DNA of 64,000 nucleotides from Mytilus edulis (GCF_963676685.1 NC_092346.1:68510001-68574000); one strand, 5' to 3'. Shown: positions 48,957 through 64,000, counted from the first letter of the stretch. Made by a program: numbers and translations. The notes: generated by a model not told the origin, from the sequence alone.

Positions 48957-50211
48957 CACACATGTTTTAAAGAAAAGATGTCAGTGAAATTGAATAAACA
49001 TTTGATATTGGGCTATACATGTATATACATGTCAATGTGAATGTTATGACATTATAATTTTAAAGACTGTATGCAACATTTAATAATATGATTGGATTAT
49101 TTCGTTGGCTCTATGTTGTAACACTGGTGTATCATCTTGTCAACAAATATGTATAACTAATAACCAGTGGGTGGATTTTAAAGAGTAAGAATAATATTTG
49201 ACCTGCACATCGCACAACTTAAGAGTCCGTACAATAAATGTTGGACACAACAGTTCAAAAGTGATTGTTTTGGAAAAGTCATTAGATCAAAAGATACAAA
49301 ATTTATATCAGTCTTTGTAAAGTCCAGGATTTTGAAGTTGATGTTTTTTTAAACACTTTTTCACATTGAGTTATATTAGCAAGAGGTCAACCATTCAAGC
49401 ATCTGCTGTTGTTTTTTATTTGGTCGGGTTGTTGTCTCTTTGACACATTCCCCATTTCCATTCTCAATTTTATAGTAATAAAAACAAAAACATGGGATGA
49501 TTTGATTGTAATTAAGATAGCTAGTTTCAGATATATTTGTATATAGCACTGATGTATGCTATATATTTGTATGATAAGTATTTTCAGACCTGTATGAGTT
49601 TCTGTCCAAGTAACAAACTTTTGACCAATTAAGAACCGTTAAACATATATTAGTTTCATGATTAAATAAGTATTTATTTATTAAATCACAAGTAAGGCTA
49701 AGTATTTGTTTTTCTGAATTAGAGTTTTTTGCATTTAAGAATGAAAATATGAAGGTTATTTTACATGTTTTTTTCAAAAGTTTTGTTGATCGATTTAGCC
49801 ATTGACCCTATATGCAAAACTGTATCCATACCAAGGTAGATTAATGAACTGAATATAACGGAAAATCAACATACTTTTACACTATATTATAAAACCAATA
49901 ATAAAATAAAAAATGGTATCCCTAGTTTATGTTTGTTGAAAAATAGATAAACTGTGGATTCATTGTTATTAAACTGTGGATTCATTGTTATTCATTAAAT
50001 GCCAATTTTCATGGGTTTTGTGGCTACAGGTGAACTACAAAATCAAATGTTCAATGAATTACAAATTTTCTATGTGATTTGTGTGCAGAGATTGGCAACA
50101 CAAGGAAATCTAATATCCAGGAAAATGCTTTTTCCCATCAATCCACGAAAATTAATGTTCATGAAAATATATGAATCCACAGTTATGAATGAAACTATTT
50201 ACAGAATATTT

Positions 50212-50685
50212 TTTTTATGCCCCACCTACGATAGTAGAGGGGCATTATGTTTTCTGGTCTGTGCCTCCGTTCGTTCGTTCGTCTGTCCGTCTGTGCGTCC
50301 GTCCGTCCGTTCGCTTCAGGTTAAAGTTTTTGGTCAAGGTAGTTTTTGAAGAAGTTGAAGTCCAATCAACTTGAAACTTAGTACACATGTTCCTCATGAT
50401 ATGATCTTTCTAATTTTAATGCCAAATTATAGTTTTGACCCCAATTTCATGGTCCACTGAACATAGAAAATGATAGTGCGAAGTTCAGGTTAAAGTTTTT
50501 GGTCAAGGTAGTTTTTGATGAAGTTAAAGTTACATCAACTTGAAACTTAGTACACATGTTCCCTATGATATGATCTTTCTAATTATAATTCCAAATTATA
50601 ATTTTGACTCCAATTTCATGGTCCACTGAACATAGAAAATGATAGTGCGAGTGGGGCATCCGTGTACTATGGACACATTCTTGTT
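50212..50685 (+). mobile_element. Helentron-type non-autonomous element with two 169-bp repeats
   Basis: 5' ATGCCCC..GGGGCAT inverted repeat, (GTCC/GTTC)n, units at 50315 and 50484, 3' subTIR and hairpin. Confidence 0.87.
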
Positions 50686-51849
50686 TAGTATTTGTATGTA
50701 AACTTTTACTATTTGTTGTGATAAAAATGATATTGTGAGGGAATGCATAGAAATAGTATGATATACAAGGATGATTTTCCCCAAATATTTATAATGTTCA
50801 TTACAGAAATCCATGTACTGATGAAAAATACATGTTGGTTTTTGCTACCAGTATACAATTTTATGAAATACACTTACATGAATAAGAGTTTTTCTTATTT
50901 CCATTAAATGGCAGGGGTATATAATTCAATCTTTCTTAAATCTAACATCTGTACTTGCTTTTTAATTGTTATGTGAGGGACCCTGTCAGCATTAAATTGT
51001 ATTTATTTTCTCATGAATGAATCAGTATCTCCGGCCTTACATTAGGACAAAAGTATTTGTTATTTTAGAAAAATGATGACTTACAGTCATATGCTTTAGT
51101 GTTGAGACATCTCTTTTTCAAAATCATTCCAGTTGAGATTTTTGTTTTTCAAATGTGTATACTACATGAATTGAATAATTGATAATGTGAGAGCTTATAA
51201 GCTTGATCAAAATAAATGATATTGATATAGCGCTCAAACAGTTTTTGCTCTGCTTTTATACGGGTTTAATTTTTACATATAATTACAAAGTTTTATAAAT
51301 TATGCTGTATTTACAACAAGTTGTGCTTTTGTATGAAATATAGTACCTTTTTTTCTTTCTATATGTTCTATATGATATTATTATATAACTAAAAGAAAAT
51401 ATGGTTTAACCTCAATTAAAAAAGCAAAAAAAACCAAATGGATTCTGTAAATTAATTGAACTAAAATCATCACAGAGTATTTTGAGGTTAACAAAAATGT
51501 GTTATTTTACTAGCTTAAAAAAGAATACTGGTACATGATATTCATTTTTGTTACCAGGATTTTCATCAGTTATGTCCAATCAAAATATTTGGCAGACTAA
51601 GGAAATCTGTGCCTTGGGAAAAAACATAAAACAGTAAATTTATTCAAATGACTGTATCAATGATACTTCTTATCAACACAAAACAGAAAACTGTATGTCA
51701 ATGACTAAGCTTATGACAGATATCCAACTATGAACAGTTCTTGCACAATGCATATTATTAAACAAAAAAGGAAACTAATTACTGTGTTGCTCTCCTGGTA
51801 TTTTTGTGTACATTGATGCATGAATTTATGCAGCAATTATACTTTTGCT

Positions 51850-52590
51850 TTAGTTTCAGAGATATAAGCCAAAATCTGCATTTTATCCCTATGTTGTATT
51901 GGTAGCCATGTCGGCCATGTTGGTTGGTAGGCGAGGTAATCAGACACATATTTTGAACTAAATACCTTAGTGATGATTGTGGTTAAGTTTGGTTGAATAT
52001 GTCTCAGTGGTTTCAGAGATGAAGTATTTTGTAAAAGGTTACAAAAAATTACGAAAAAAATTGTTGAAAATTGACTTTAAAAGGCAAAAACTCCTTATGG
52101 AGTCAATTGACCATTTTGGTCTTGTTGACTTGTTGGTAGATCTTACTTTGCTGAACATCATTGCTGCTTACAGTTTATCTCTATCAATAATATTAATGAA
52201 GATAATATAAAAAAAGAACCAGCAAAATTTCATTAAAATTACTAATTGAGGGGCAGCAACCCAACATTAGATCGACTGATTCAACTGAAAATTTCAGGGT
52301 TTATACATTTAAACATGATGAACAAGGTCAGATTTACTCTAAATGCTTTAGTTTCAGAGATATAAGTCAAAATCTGTATATTACCCTTATGGATTATTTT
52401 TAGCCATGGCGGCCATGTTGGTTGGCAGGCATATTTTGTAAACGAGATACCCAAATGATGATTGTGGCCAAGTGTGGTTAAATTTGACCCAGTAGTTTCA
52501 GAAGAGATTTTTGTAAAAGTAAAGGGACGATGGACACCAACTGATGGGGAAAAGGTCACTTTGCCCATTAGGCCAGACGAGCTGAAAAGT
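51850..52590 (-). mobile_element. Degenerate inverted copy of the 46184-47834 Helentron family; similar debris at about 29700-30350
   Basis: Reverse complements of TAGCCATGGCGGCCAT and CCAAATGATGATTGTGGCCAAG match 46290-46450. Confidence 0.7.
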
Positions 52591-53889
52591 GATTATTTTT
52601 TTCTTTCATTCTTCATTGGTTTAATAGTGAGAAACCAAGACCAGTTCTAGGGATCAAATTTTCTGTGTTTGGATCATACAAGCTATACCCAAAGTGACCA
52701 TACAAGAATTCCAATACCATCTGTTTAATTTTCACTTTATATGGAAGTTATGGTTCGTGTATCAACTTCTTACCTTAAATACCGGATGAAACATGTTATA
52801 TTTTACGATATTTACTCATTAACTAAAAATACATCATAGCTCTTCATTCTGATCTCAACACAAATATAAAGATACTCGAACCTTCAACAGACACATCTCC
52901 AAAAGTGTCAAATTGCACACCAATATTCATGATTCAGTCTCAATATATAAAAATAAGGATATGTGTGATGATTGCTAGAGAGACAACTTTCCATGTAGGT
53001 TTCAAATGAAGTAAAGGGGCGTTAACATTGCGAAAAACCCTTCAAAATTAAAGGCCCCAGCATGTTGAATATGATTCAATTCAATTAAGAAAACTAACTG
53101 TCTAATTTATCATAAAACAGTTTTTGAAAAATAGAAATATAAGACATGAACATGACAACCATTAAACTACAGGCTTCGAACTTAAGACAGACACCTGTGG
53201 AGGGAATAAACAAGTTTGTGAGCAATCAACCCTAACCTAAAATTGGACAGTGGTGCAACAACACATTATAAGAGCAAACAATAAAATTCAAACAGTGCAA
53301 GAAACACTCAAGGTTTGAATATTTGTTCCTCAAATTGGGTCATTTTTAGGGGATGAATGCAAATTCTTACACCATTAGGTTTGTTTGCATTTATTATGAT
53401 AATCGTGATATTTTACTGATTTGGATAACGAATTCATGAAATTAATTTGAGGCCACAGTTGCTTAACAAGTTTGTTTATTATGGATGGTAATCACAAGAT
53501 CAAAGGTCAAATGCACACCAAAATGTAAATTAAAATTTGCTCAACATTAAGGCTTCCAGATGACATCTTCTGAACCATATGTCCAATCTTGTTTGAAACT
53601 ACCCTTTGAAATACAAAAAATCCTATTTGTGAGGATCAGTAGGTCAAAGTTGACGTTCCCAGTGAATATAATTAGACTAAATAGTTGGAAAAATATCATT
53701 TTTTATTAATGTATTTTGAGTTTTAAATCAGATCTTTACCATTCTGTAGCGGATAATGTGCCTTAGGTTGCAATAGCCCTTATTGATTTTCAAGACACTC
53801 AGTTAAAGGTCAAGTCTGCATCATCAATAAATAAACTCATGTACTAAGTAACATACTGGTATAACAATGTTATGTATGAATGGAAATTA

Positions 53890-56150
53890 TAATACAAGGA
53901 AGAACCTCTACAAATGACTAGAAATAAGGAATGGAAGATCCTCTACAAGACAATAACAGTCAAAACCAAGGAGGAAACAAAGACTCACAAAACCAAGGGA
54001 CATTTACATCAACAGTTGTAAATAATAAATAAGAAACAACACGAACTCCACTAAAAACCGGGAGTGAAATCAGGTGCTCCGGAAGGGTAAGCATTTCCTA
54101 CACCGTATACGGTAAATGACTAGAAATAATGATGGAAGTTCCTCTACAAATGACTGGAAATAATGATGGAAGTTCCTCTACAAATGACTGGAAATAATGA
54201 TGAAAGATCCTCTACAAATGACTAGAAATAATGATGAAATATCCTCTACACATGACTAGAAATAATGATGGCAGTTCCTCTACAAATGACTGGAAATAAT
54301 GAATGGAAGATCCTCTACAAATGACTGGAAATAATGATGAAAGATCCTCTACAAATGACTAGAAATAATGATGAAAGATCCTCTACAAATGACTAGAAAT
54401 AATGATGAAAGATTCTCTACAAATGACTAGAAATAATGATGGAAGTTCCTCTACAAATGACTGGAAATAATGATGAAAGATCCTCTACAAATGACTAGAA
54501 ATAATGATGAAAGATCCTCTACAAATGACTAGAAATAATGATGAAAGATCCTCTACAAATGACTAGAAATAATGATGGAAGATCCTCTACAAATGACTAG
54601 AAATAATGACGGAAGATCCTCTACAAATGACTGGAAATAATGAATGGAAGATCCTCTACAAATGATTAGAAATGATGATGGAAGATCCTCTACAAATGAC
54701 TGGAAATAATGAATGGAAGATCCTCTACAAATAACTGGAAATAACGAATAGAAGGCTCCCTTCAATTGACTGGGAAATAAAGGCAACAGTAGTATACCAC
54801 TGTTCAAAACTGACAAATCCATGGACAAAAAAAAGAATCGGGGTAACAAACTAAAACTGAGGGAAACGCATTAAATATAAGAGGAGATCAACGACACAAC
54901 ATTAAAATGTAACACACACAGAAACAAAAGGAAGATACATCACGGATGAGTGCAAAAAATACAAAAAAAAGTTCCTTTACAAATGACAAGAAATAAAAAA
55001 AGTAAGATCCTTTACAAATGACTATAAACAATACAAGGAAAATCCTCTACAAATGACTGGAAATAATGAATGGTAGTTCCTCTACAAATGACTGTAAACA
55101 ATACAAGGAAAATCCTCTACAAATGACTGGAAATAATGAATGGTAGTTCCTCTACAAATGACTGTAAACAATACAAGGAAAATCCTATACAAATGACTAG
55201 AAATAATAAATGGAAGATCCTATACAAATGACTAGAAATAATAAATGGAAGATCCTATACAAATGACTAGAAATAATAAATGGAAGATCCTATACAAATG
55301 ACTGGAAAAATAAAAGGACGATACTTAACGTATGAGTGCAAAAAAGATTTCTACAAATGACTGGAAATAATACAAAGAAGTTCTCCTATAAATGACTGGA
55401 AACAGAAAAGGAAGATACTCCATAGATGAGTGGAATTAATACAAGGAAGACCCTCTTCCAATTGCTGGAAATAATGCAAGGACGATCATTTGCAAATGAC
55501 TGGACAATTTAAAGCAAGATCCTCTACACATGTCTGGTAATAATACAAGGAAGATCTATTACAAATGAAAGGAAATAGTACAAGGAAGATCTATTACAAA
55601 TGAAAGGCGACAATACAAAGAAGATCTATTACAAATGAAAGGAAATAGTACAAGGAAGATCTATTACAAATGAAAGGAAATAGTACAAGGAAGATCTATT
55701 ACAAATGAAAGGAAATAGTACAAGGAAGATCTATTACAAATGAACGGAAATAGTACAAGGAAGATCTATTACAAATGAAAGGAAATAATACAAGGAAAAT
55801 GTTCTACAAATGAATGAAAATAGTGCAGTAAGATTCTCTACAAATGACTGGAAATAGTACAAAGAAATTTCTCTATAAACGACTGGAAAACAAGGAAGAT
55901 CCTCTACAAATGACTGAAAATAATGCAAGGTAGGTCTTCGAAAAAAAAAATATACTGGATATAATCCCAATGGATTGGGAATAATGCCAAAAAGATCCTC
56001 TACAAACGACTGGAAATGTTGCATAGAAGATCCTCTACAACGGAATTGGAAATAAATGACAGGAACATCATCTGCAAATGACTGGAAATAATGCAAGGAA
56101 GGTACTCTACAAATAACAGGAAATATTATACAAGTACGATCCTAAACACA
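53890..56150 (+). repeat. 33-34-bp minisatellite array interrupted by two interspersed repeats
   Basis: GGAAGATCCTCTACAAATGACT(A/G)GAAATAATGAT repeated dozens of times. Confidence 0.93.
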
Positions 56151-59100
56151 TGCTTGGAGATAATGCTCTTCAAATGAAAGGATCGTCAATGGATTATTTT
56201 CACTAAGTACGGTTTAAACTGTAGATTTTGAGAAGATGTTTACCATCCTTATTTAGAGTCGATAATACACGACTTTTAGAGCAATCTTATATTCTAATTT
56301 GCTATGATTTGAATGTCCTTTGATTTTGTCCAAACAAGATTGCATTTCAATGTTATGGCTTAAGCTGTTCTATCAACGATCTTATTCGACAAGAGACGAT
56401 TTATATTAGGCTGGGTAAATCTGTGATCAAAGCATTGTTTGAAAGAAGTTTCGATGAATTTTAAATTGACAACTCATGCTGTTACAACAACTCGCAGAAA
56501 CATTTCAAAATTTAACATACTAGTAAATACTAGTTGGGCGATGCATTTTTGGAACTTGTAGCTCTATTCAGATTTCAATGTTTTTTTTCCCCTTTTCATT
56601 CATAATGTTATTAAAATACAATATAAATTTACTTGTGCTGTTTTATATTCTAAGAAACTGCAATTCGTATCATGCTCATAAGTAAATCTATTCCGACATT
56701 CAAATTTCTTTCAAAGCTTTTTGTTATTGAAAATCCTTGGAAATATTAATGCACCTTTACTCTTTGTTTGGATTTATTATGTCCAGGTATGAACTCCTTT
56801 TTATCAAGTTAATGAGTGTGATATTGCAGAAAAACATAAACGATCATAGAAGGTATTTTTAAAACGAAATACATAAACAGAGGTTTGATGTTGTTTTTTT
56901 TTTTAAATTTGTCTAGTATTTTAATGACTCTACAGATCAAAACTCTGATAACAGATCGAACCATCGTTAATTTTTTTCCATATAAACAAACAGTAATTAT
57001 ACGTCTGTTACATCTGACGTCAGCATAGAAGACAATTCTCTTTCAACATGAGACTGTGAATCACTGATGTTAGACAGATTCCTATGGCCATGTCATTACA
57101 GCGGAACCAAACATCGAGAGGTTATAAACTTTCCGAGAAAGGACCAATATGTCGTCAAACGTAAATAAGAAATGGGAAAGTGTGTCTTTGGGTTATTAAG
57201 TGTTTCTTTCGTCCTATTGTAAAAAACAAACAAAAAAAATGGTGTAAACGGGTGAAATCTGACGAAAGGTCACTTGCTTATAGTTTATATCCTGTATTTT
57301 ATTTATGTCTAATTTATTTACATTGGCTATATTTTCTACATATGAGAACCATGAAAATATACCGTTAGTGCTAAGCCATTTAGATAAACAGAAATTAACG
57401 CATCAATGTAAAAATATCGGAAATTGATGAGACTGTCATTAAAGTGAGAGGGTTAGCGCTATAGAACCAGGTTTAATCCACCATTTTCTACATTTGAAAA
57501 TGCCTGTACCAAGTCAGGAATATGACAGTTTTTGTCCATTCGTTTTTGATGCGTTTTGTTATTTGATTTTGCCATGTGATTATGGACTTTCCCAATTGAT
57601 CTTCCTCTAAGTTCAGTATTTTTGTGATTTTACTTTTTGATTACTATTTAGATAAATGTTTGAATATTTGTTAATATTAGCATATCACATTTCGAAATAA
57701 TTAAGAAATGAATAAAAGAGATTAATAATAACAATCAAAACCAAGAGTAAACAAAGACTAAAAAAACCAAAAAACATTTACATCAACAGTTATAAATAAT
57801 AAATAAGAAACAACACGAACTCCACAAAAAACCGGGAGTGAAATCAGGTGCTCCGGAAGGGTAAGCATTTAATTCCTTACATCCACTTCATCGGAACTCT
57901 GATGAAAGTTCTCTCATTGGCAATCAAACTACAAATCCTTATTTTTATACAAAGGTTTACACAATGCATTTGACTTTGTATTGTACTATTTACTTTTTTG
58001 CACAATAAACACTTTAATACGTAGCCCACCTTGCCTAAACGACCAGATATGCTATTGCTATTACATGTCATCCGTCGTTATCGTCTGTCCATTGTCATAA
58101 AATAAAATATACATGGCCTTACATAACCAAAACTTTACCTGAATGTGACTTGTATTTCGGTTTTTGATCTGTAACAAACATGGCCGCCGCTGTTGCAAAA
58201 AGAAGAACATAGTAGCAATATTTTTGTAGATTTCGATTTATATCAAAAAGAAACTAAATCAGCAAAACTAACTGAGGTTAACACTTATACGCAGTGTTTT
58301 TTCTTAAACATTTTCAACTTAATTTTCTTCATTAGTAACGAATGATATCCGTCAGTACTTTGGTACTTCACATTAAACTACTTGTAAACCTGTCATTTTA
58401 TTATATCTATTCAATATGATTTTCTTGATAAAGGTTAGAAGAAAAAAATGCATACATTCCTGTAAGAACAATACATTGAACTGTTTACTGGAATGAAGTT
58501 CCCTCTGGTACCTTACATCAATATTTGAAAAGAATGCTTCGCTGATTTAAAGTTAGTTTACCAGTTAGTATCGAATATTGAACATTAAAATTTCAACATT
58601 AGAGATATCTTTATAATATATTGACCATTAACTTAATTGCACAAATAAATTGTATTCAGACTTAATGGATCCATTAATTAAATCTACTAATTTCAAAATT
58701 TGTATACTGTATTAGAATATTTACTCATAAAAAAACTTATCAAACTAGCATCCACTTTGATTTATCATGGTTCAATATGATTGATCATATCTTTTATATA
58801 ACAAGTTTTGTAGAACCAAGTGGGGCATGTAGAGTTGAATTGAGCGATTTATTTTGTAAACGGTCCACTAAACAAATTTACCTCTCCAAATGTTTCAATG
58901 TGAGATTGAATCCTTGTGATACAAGAATATGTTTTAAAATCATTTTGTCCCTAGAGGATATCAACTTCATTTTTGTATACACAATGTTTTGTTATAACTT
59001 CATTCTAAATGGAAATTTCATAGCAGAGAAACATAAATTTTGGTAATTTAATTCCTATTTTGACTTTGATGATCATTATAAATGAGCCCACACAAATAAT

Positions 59101-61625
59101 AATAAACATTTTTTTTACTATTTGTATAAATTTTGTTTTCATAAATATTCTTATCTTTCTAATACCTTATAAATCAAGTATTGTTATTTTCTAAACAAGC
59201 GATCGTATTCAGAATGAAAATACACTATTTATAATTTTATTGATACTCTTATTTAGACACTATATTTAAAAAAAAAAAGCCCGTTCAGTGTTCTTCAAGG
59301 GAGTTGAAGTTGTGATTAACACCTAACATAATAATTATAAATTATGTCCCCAACTCGATTGTTATATTTTCAATATTTGTTCTTGCCATGTCTTGTTAGT
59401 ATTTTGCACTGGACTGACAATGATATAGTAGTCCTAAAATCTAAAACAATGTCACTTCTTTTACAGGAAAGGACACTTGAACATGCTATTAAAAAATAAA
59501 CATTTTACACAACACCTTGTCTAAATTCTTTTAAAAACATGAATATATTAAAGATTTAAAGAAAAACATTTCACCAAAAAGTACCTTTTATGTGAGGATA
59601 AAAAGTTTACAAAAAATTCTGTAATATCACAGTGGATAATGTTATCCAAAATATTAATGATAAATTTAAAGAAAATTACATTTGAATCAAAAAGTAATTG
59701 TAATGTAATCAATTAAGTAAATAATCAAAGTAATTTAAATCTAGTCGATTACATTTTAAATTAATGTTTAGTAGTGATAATCCATTAGACCATGTCACTA
59801 CTTTCAACATCGATCAAAGACCGGGACGCAATTTAATTCTGGAAAAAGGACCACAGAAAAAAATTTGGTTAAAATAGTTCGTTTCTATGTGTGTTGGCGT
59901 TTGTTTTTGTTGCAATTCAGTGTTTCTGTTGTTCCTTTGTTTTTCTCTTACACTTAACTCTATTTTGAGTATACATGGTGGAGTAAAATAAAAAGAAACA
60001 AAATAGAGATATATGAATGAAATATACAATTCCCAATTGACTTGATGATGGTCCAGTTTGTTCATTAGTTAAATCAGTCTAATGTGTAGATCGTTGGATT
60101 GATTAACTTCAAAGCCAATAAAAAGTTAATGAAATATTGGACGTAACTATTCCCTTGTGGTTGAAATTTAGCGAGGTGAAAAGTAAAATCACAAAAAAAC
60201 TGAACTCCGAGGAAAATTCAAAACGTAAAGTCCCTAATCAAAGGACAAAAATATAAACTCAAACACACCGAACGGATGGATAACCACTGTAGGAGATTTT
60301 GATAATTAGTAAAGGAACATAAACATAAAAAAAATCAAATTAAGATAAGCAGTTAAATACCTAGAACATATTATTCTTAGGTCAGAAAGGAGAAGCTTTA
60401 ACCAAAGTCAAGTCATTAAAGATGGCACTTTTGGAATTGATTTGATTTAATCAAAGGATATTTGCATCGCAAAAAATACACTTATTCTGAAACCAGGTGT
60501 TTGAATACTACGGGTTATGTTCTTTTAGTATAATTTATGATAGCATGATATTGAATTCCTAACAAAAGGGCTTGTTGTTTATTTTAATATGATAAAGACA
60601 GCATCTTTCAATCATTTGAACTAAAGTATGGAGCTTGCATGTCGGTAACTGCTTGTATACTTTTGTTAATTTATGTTTTCATTGACATTTTGCTTAATTT
60701 CTTTTTCTGTTACCTCTTCTAGCATGAGATTCTGACTTCGCTTTACTGTCTGTATTGATGTGTGTTTACTTATTCTACGTATGCTAAAAGTATAGGGGAG
60801 GGTTGAGATCTCACAAGACATGTGTAATCCCGTCTGAATTTAGAAGGAAGTTTGAGATCTCGGAGAACATGTTTAACCCTCGCCTTAATTTTGCGCCTGA
60901 CCCAAGTCGGGAACATCCAGCTATCGTTCAATCTTAACAGTATGTTTAAAAAAAATGTTTGTTACTGAGTTTAGTGTGTCGCCAATTTCGTTGATCTAGT
61001 ATACCTTATTGATTAGGGGCCAGCTGAAACATGCCTTCAGATGCGTTGAAACCCATTGGTAACTTTTTGCTTTTTTCCCTCTTTGGTCAGGTTCTCTTTG
61101 ACACATTCTTCGTTTCTATTATCCATTTAACTAAATTGAATATTCAGCAATACAAACCCACCCTGAAAACCAAACTTTGCGAGTAAAACAAATGTAACAC
61201 AACGTCTACTAACAGTAAAAATTTGTTTAGTTTACACTTATATAAGACTAAGAATTCGATTGAGAAAGCATTCTGGGAAGTTTTAAATTTATACTGTGGA
61301 ACAGTTACTGATGACGTAGCTGTGAAAATCTATCTTAATAATTAAGCTATTCCCCCGTAAAACTTATATACTCTAGCACTACCAATGTATCAGGACAATA
61401 ACCTCAACAGTAAGTAACCACTCATGGTTAAAACGTCTGTAACTCCTAAAGAGAGGACAATGTATCAAATATTTGTTTTTATAATCAATTATTTTAGGCA
61501 TTTAAGTAAACTATTTCATATTATTTTCTATAGACTTAATATTTATTTCACTTGACTATTTATTACTGTACAAAGAACCGAACTCAAAAAACAAATAATT
61601 CGTACGCAATTTGTAACATTATAAT

Positions 61626-61744
61626 ATTAAACGCATTTTTAAAGGAATTTATTGGTGTATAAACTCGACCATTTCACTCACAATGTTTGTGGGTGACTTT
61701 GTCCAGTTTATAAACCAATAAATTTCTTTAAAAAGGCGTTTAAT
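61626..61744. repeat. Imperfect hairpin of about 120 bp (MITE-like)
   Basis: ATTAAACGCATTTTTAAAGGAATTTATTGGTGTATAAACT is the inverse of AGTTTATAAACCAATAAATTTCTTTAAAAAGGCGTTTAAT. Confidence 0.7.
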
Positions 61745-63278
61745 CATAATAAATCTTTAAAATTGGAGATACGAAATATATTTTTTCAACACGCGAGACA
61801 TCTATGATCCTCTACCACACGTAAATTGTATATTTGTTCATAGGCCTAGCGCATCAATGTATTTGTTGGTTAACACAAAAGTATGTACTCCATGAAATTT
61901 TATATCTGATAAAAAGTAAAATGCAAAAACTCTTCTAATCATTCAAACAAATGTTTTGTGTTTATTATTTAATTTAACGTTAAATGCGAAGTGAAAATAA
62001 CTTTGCAAACCTCGATGCGGATTGTGTTTTAACGCCGCTATCTTGTTGTCATTGGTTAGGAAAAGACGTTTCTTCAACGTCGTCTATCGAAAAATAAACG
62101 ACGTCAAGAGCAACATCCGGAAGTCCTCTCGACCAATTATATCAACGTGTTCCCTAATATGCAAATCACATAATTTTTTTTTATAATTAATCAAGGTGAC
62201 AGTATTTTACTGATGTTCAAATCTCGCAAATCGACTAAGAAGAGAAAATTGAGAGTACAAAACACAAATTGAGGGTATAGCATGAACTCTTAAAAAAAGT
62301 AAAAACACACAAAAATACCGAATGCCGAGGAAAATTTAAAACGGAAAGTCCCTAATTATAAAAAGGCATAATCAAAAGCTCAAAAATCAAACAAATGGAT
62401 AACATTGATCATGTTTCTGATTTGGTACTTGAAAGGAGCCAGTCTTGTTGCGTATAAATAAGAATTCCCAACGAAGGGAGGCCGGGTGGGTATGCATGAC
62501 ATTAATCAAATATCTAATCAATATATTGAAGCATAATATAAACGGTATGTAAGTGACAATAGGAGAATGCAACATTGTTAGTAACTTATTGCAGCCGGAA
62601 AAATGGAAAGCTCATCAAAACATGTCTTAAAAACTAAAAAAATGCACTGAAAAGAGTATTTAAAGAAATTATGTAGCGAAGTGATTGTTTTGATAAATAG
62701 TATCTGCAGAACTTTAATACTTACTGTAGTACCCTATCTTCTTATACTTGTTTTTATTTAAATGAAAATGCTCTTTTGCATCTAGTATCTTACAAGTGAA
62801 CTTATCTTGTTTGAACTCACAAAACAACGATGAACATGTTTTAAATTGTCCATAACATATCTACATCGCCAAAACAACAAAACAAAACAAAAAACAATTT
62901 GAAACAGCTGAAATGAACCTGACCGAGACTTACGACATTTTCATTGGTAACAATAGAATTATTTCCGTCAGAAGTGCTTTTGCTATTGTCATAACCTATC
63001 GTTAATTATTTTAAGACTATCATGGTTTAATGGAATATAGATTAGTTTAAAAAAATTAAAGTTCGGAAACTATTAATGTTAGCAACGAAGATTTAATATC
63101 TTAGTAGTTTACATCAATAATTCAAATGGATACTTTAATTATTCACAATTATATTCTATTTGATATCGACGGACGACCATATCTAGAACTAAAAACATAC
63201 GTTTTAGAAAATGCGTTAATTAGTCCTATGTCAGAAACATAATCAACATTACGATCTGCGGAATTTTAGAATTTTGGA

Positions 63279-63585
63279 ATGAAGATAAGATCTTTTTTTA
63301 TTCACATTTTGTATATTTTTAATGGATCTGCATGCTCTTCTTCATTTCAATCCGACACATATGAGGTATTGAAAGGAATCAAATTGTCGAAAACTTATTA
63401 CACATTTTTATCAAATCATAACAGTACGAATACATGCGCATTGTACTGTTTAGCTGACATAGCATGTGTTTCAGCGAATTACAACTTAGTGACAACGCAA
63501 TGTGAACTAAATTCAAAAAGTCCGCTAGATGAATCAGCCAACATAGAAGAAGATAACGAATGGAAAGTGTTGTATTCAAAAGAAA
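63279..63585 (+). CDS. First coding exon of a secreted PAN/Apple-domain protein; the gene probably continues beyond the window
   Basis: Signal peptide MKIRSFFIHILYIFNGSACS, PAN cysteine pattern CALYCLADIACVSANYN....CELNS, and a phase-1 donor AAA|GTAGGT at 63586. Confidence 0.75.
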
Positions 63586-64000
63586 GTAGGTACAAAAAAT
63601 AGGGTATGTTGAAAAAAGTATAGTTGCAAACATATACAAATGAATTCCAGCATAAAAATCACTGACGCATCACTAGAGAAAATTAGATAGAATCATCTGA
63701 ATACCTGCCTCTTTCATAATTTTTACATAATATACCAAGTACGATTCTTTTATGTAATATCTACAGCAATTCAGGTTTTATTTTTCCAGGAATCCCTTTG
63801 ATTATTTTAAATGAGCGTTTCTGACTTCAATTACTACTATACACTTTTAAATGAAAAAGAAAATAACATTTCTTGACACCGAATAGTATTTCTGTAACAA
63901 CATTCAACGCTCAATTCAAAACATTTGGTAGCCAATGATGTATAAGACCTTAATTTTTCATATCCTCGCAACGAAAATGCCTTAAATAGACTGTTTGAGG

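Noticed and set aside
54114-56096. CRISPR-like look of the 33-34-bp repeats and the ORFs within them
   Set aside because: Units are contiguous with no unique spacers, there are no cas genes, and the context is eukaryotic.
61307-61332. CTGATGA-CGTAGCTGT-GAAA motif
   Set aside because: No G-C closed stem II and no convincing stem I.

Overview
AT-rich, intron-containing eukaryotic DNA. The repeat families and gene content point to a bivalve mollusc, most likely Mytilus (inferred, not proven). I reconstructed these genes by hand from splice sites and reading-frame phase: two tandem secreted perlucin-like C-type lectin genes (5029-12378 and 14278-19069, +), a 9-exon RMDN3/PTPIP51-like gene (31274-23770, -) head-to-head with a 3-exon GCHFR gene (31612-48956, +), and the first exon of a secreted PAN/Apple-domain gene (from 63279, +). 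The rest is dense mobile DNA: a decayed APE-RT LINE, a 3.9-kb fold-back Academ derivative, Helentron-type non-autonomous elements, MITEs with identifiable TSDs, gypsy and CR1 relics, and satellites. The most notable signal outside the ORF track is seven type I hammerhead-ribozyme motifs (one of them only the 3' half) in three repeat families (retrozyme/Penelope-like). One has an intact core and lies sense in a lectin intron. Two form an inverted pair in GCHFR intron 2, where the antisense copy could mask the sense one. The RMDN3-GCHFR divergent pair also appears to match the human arrangement.
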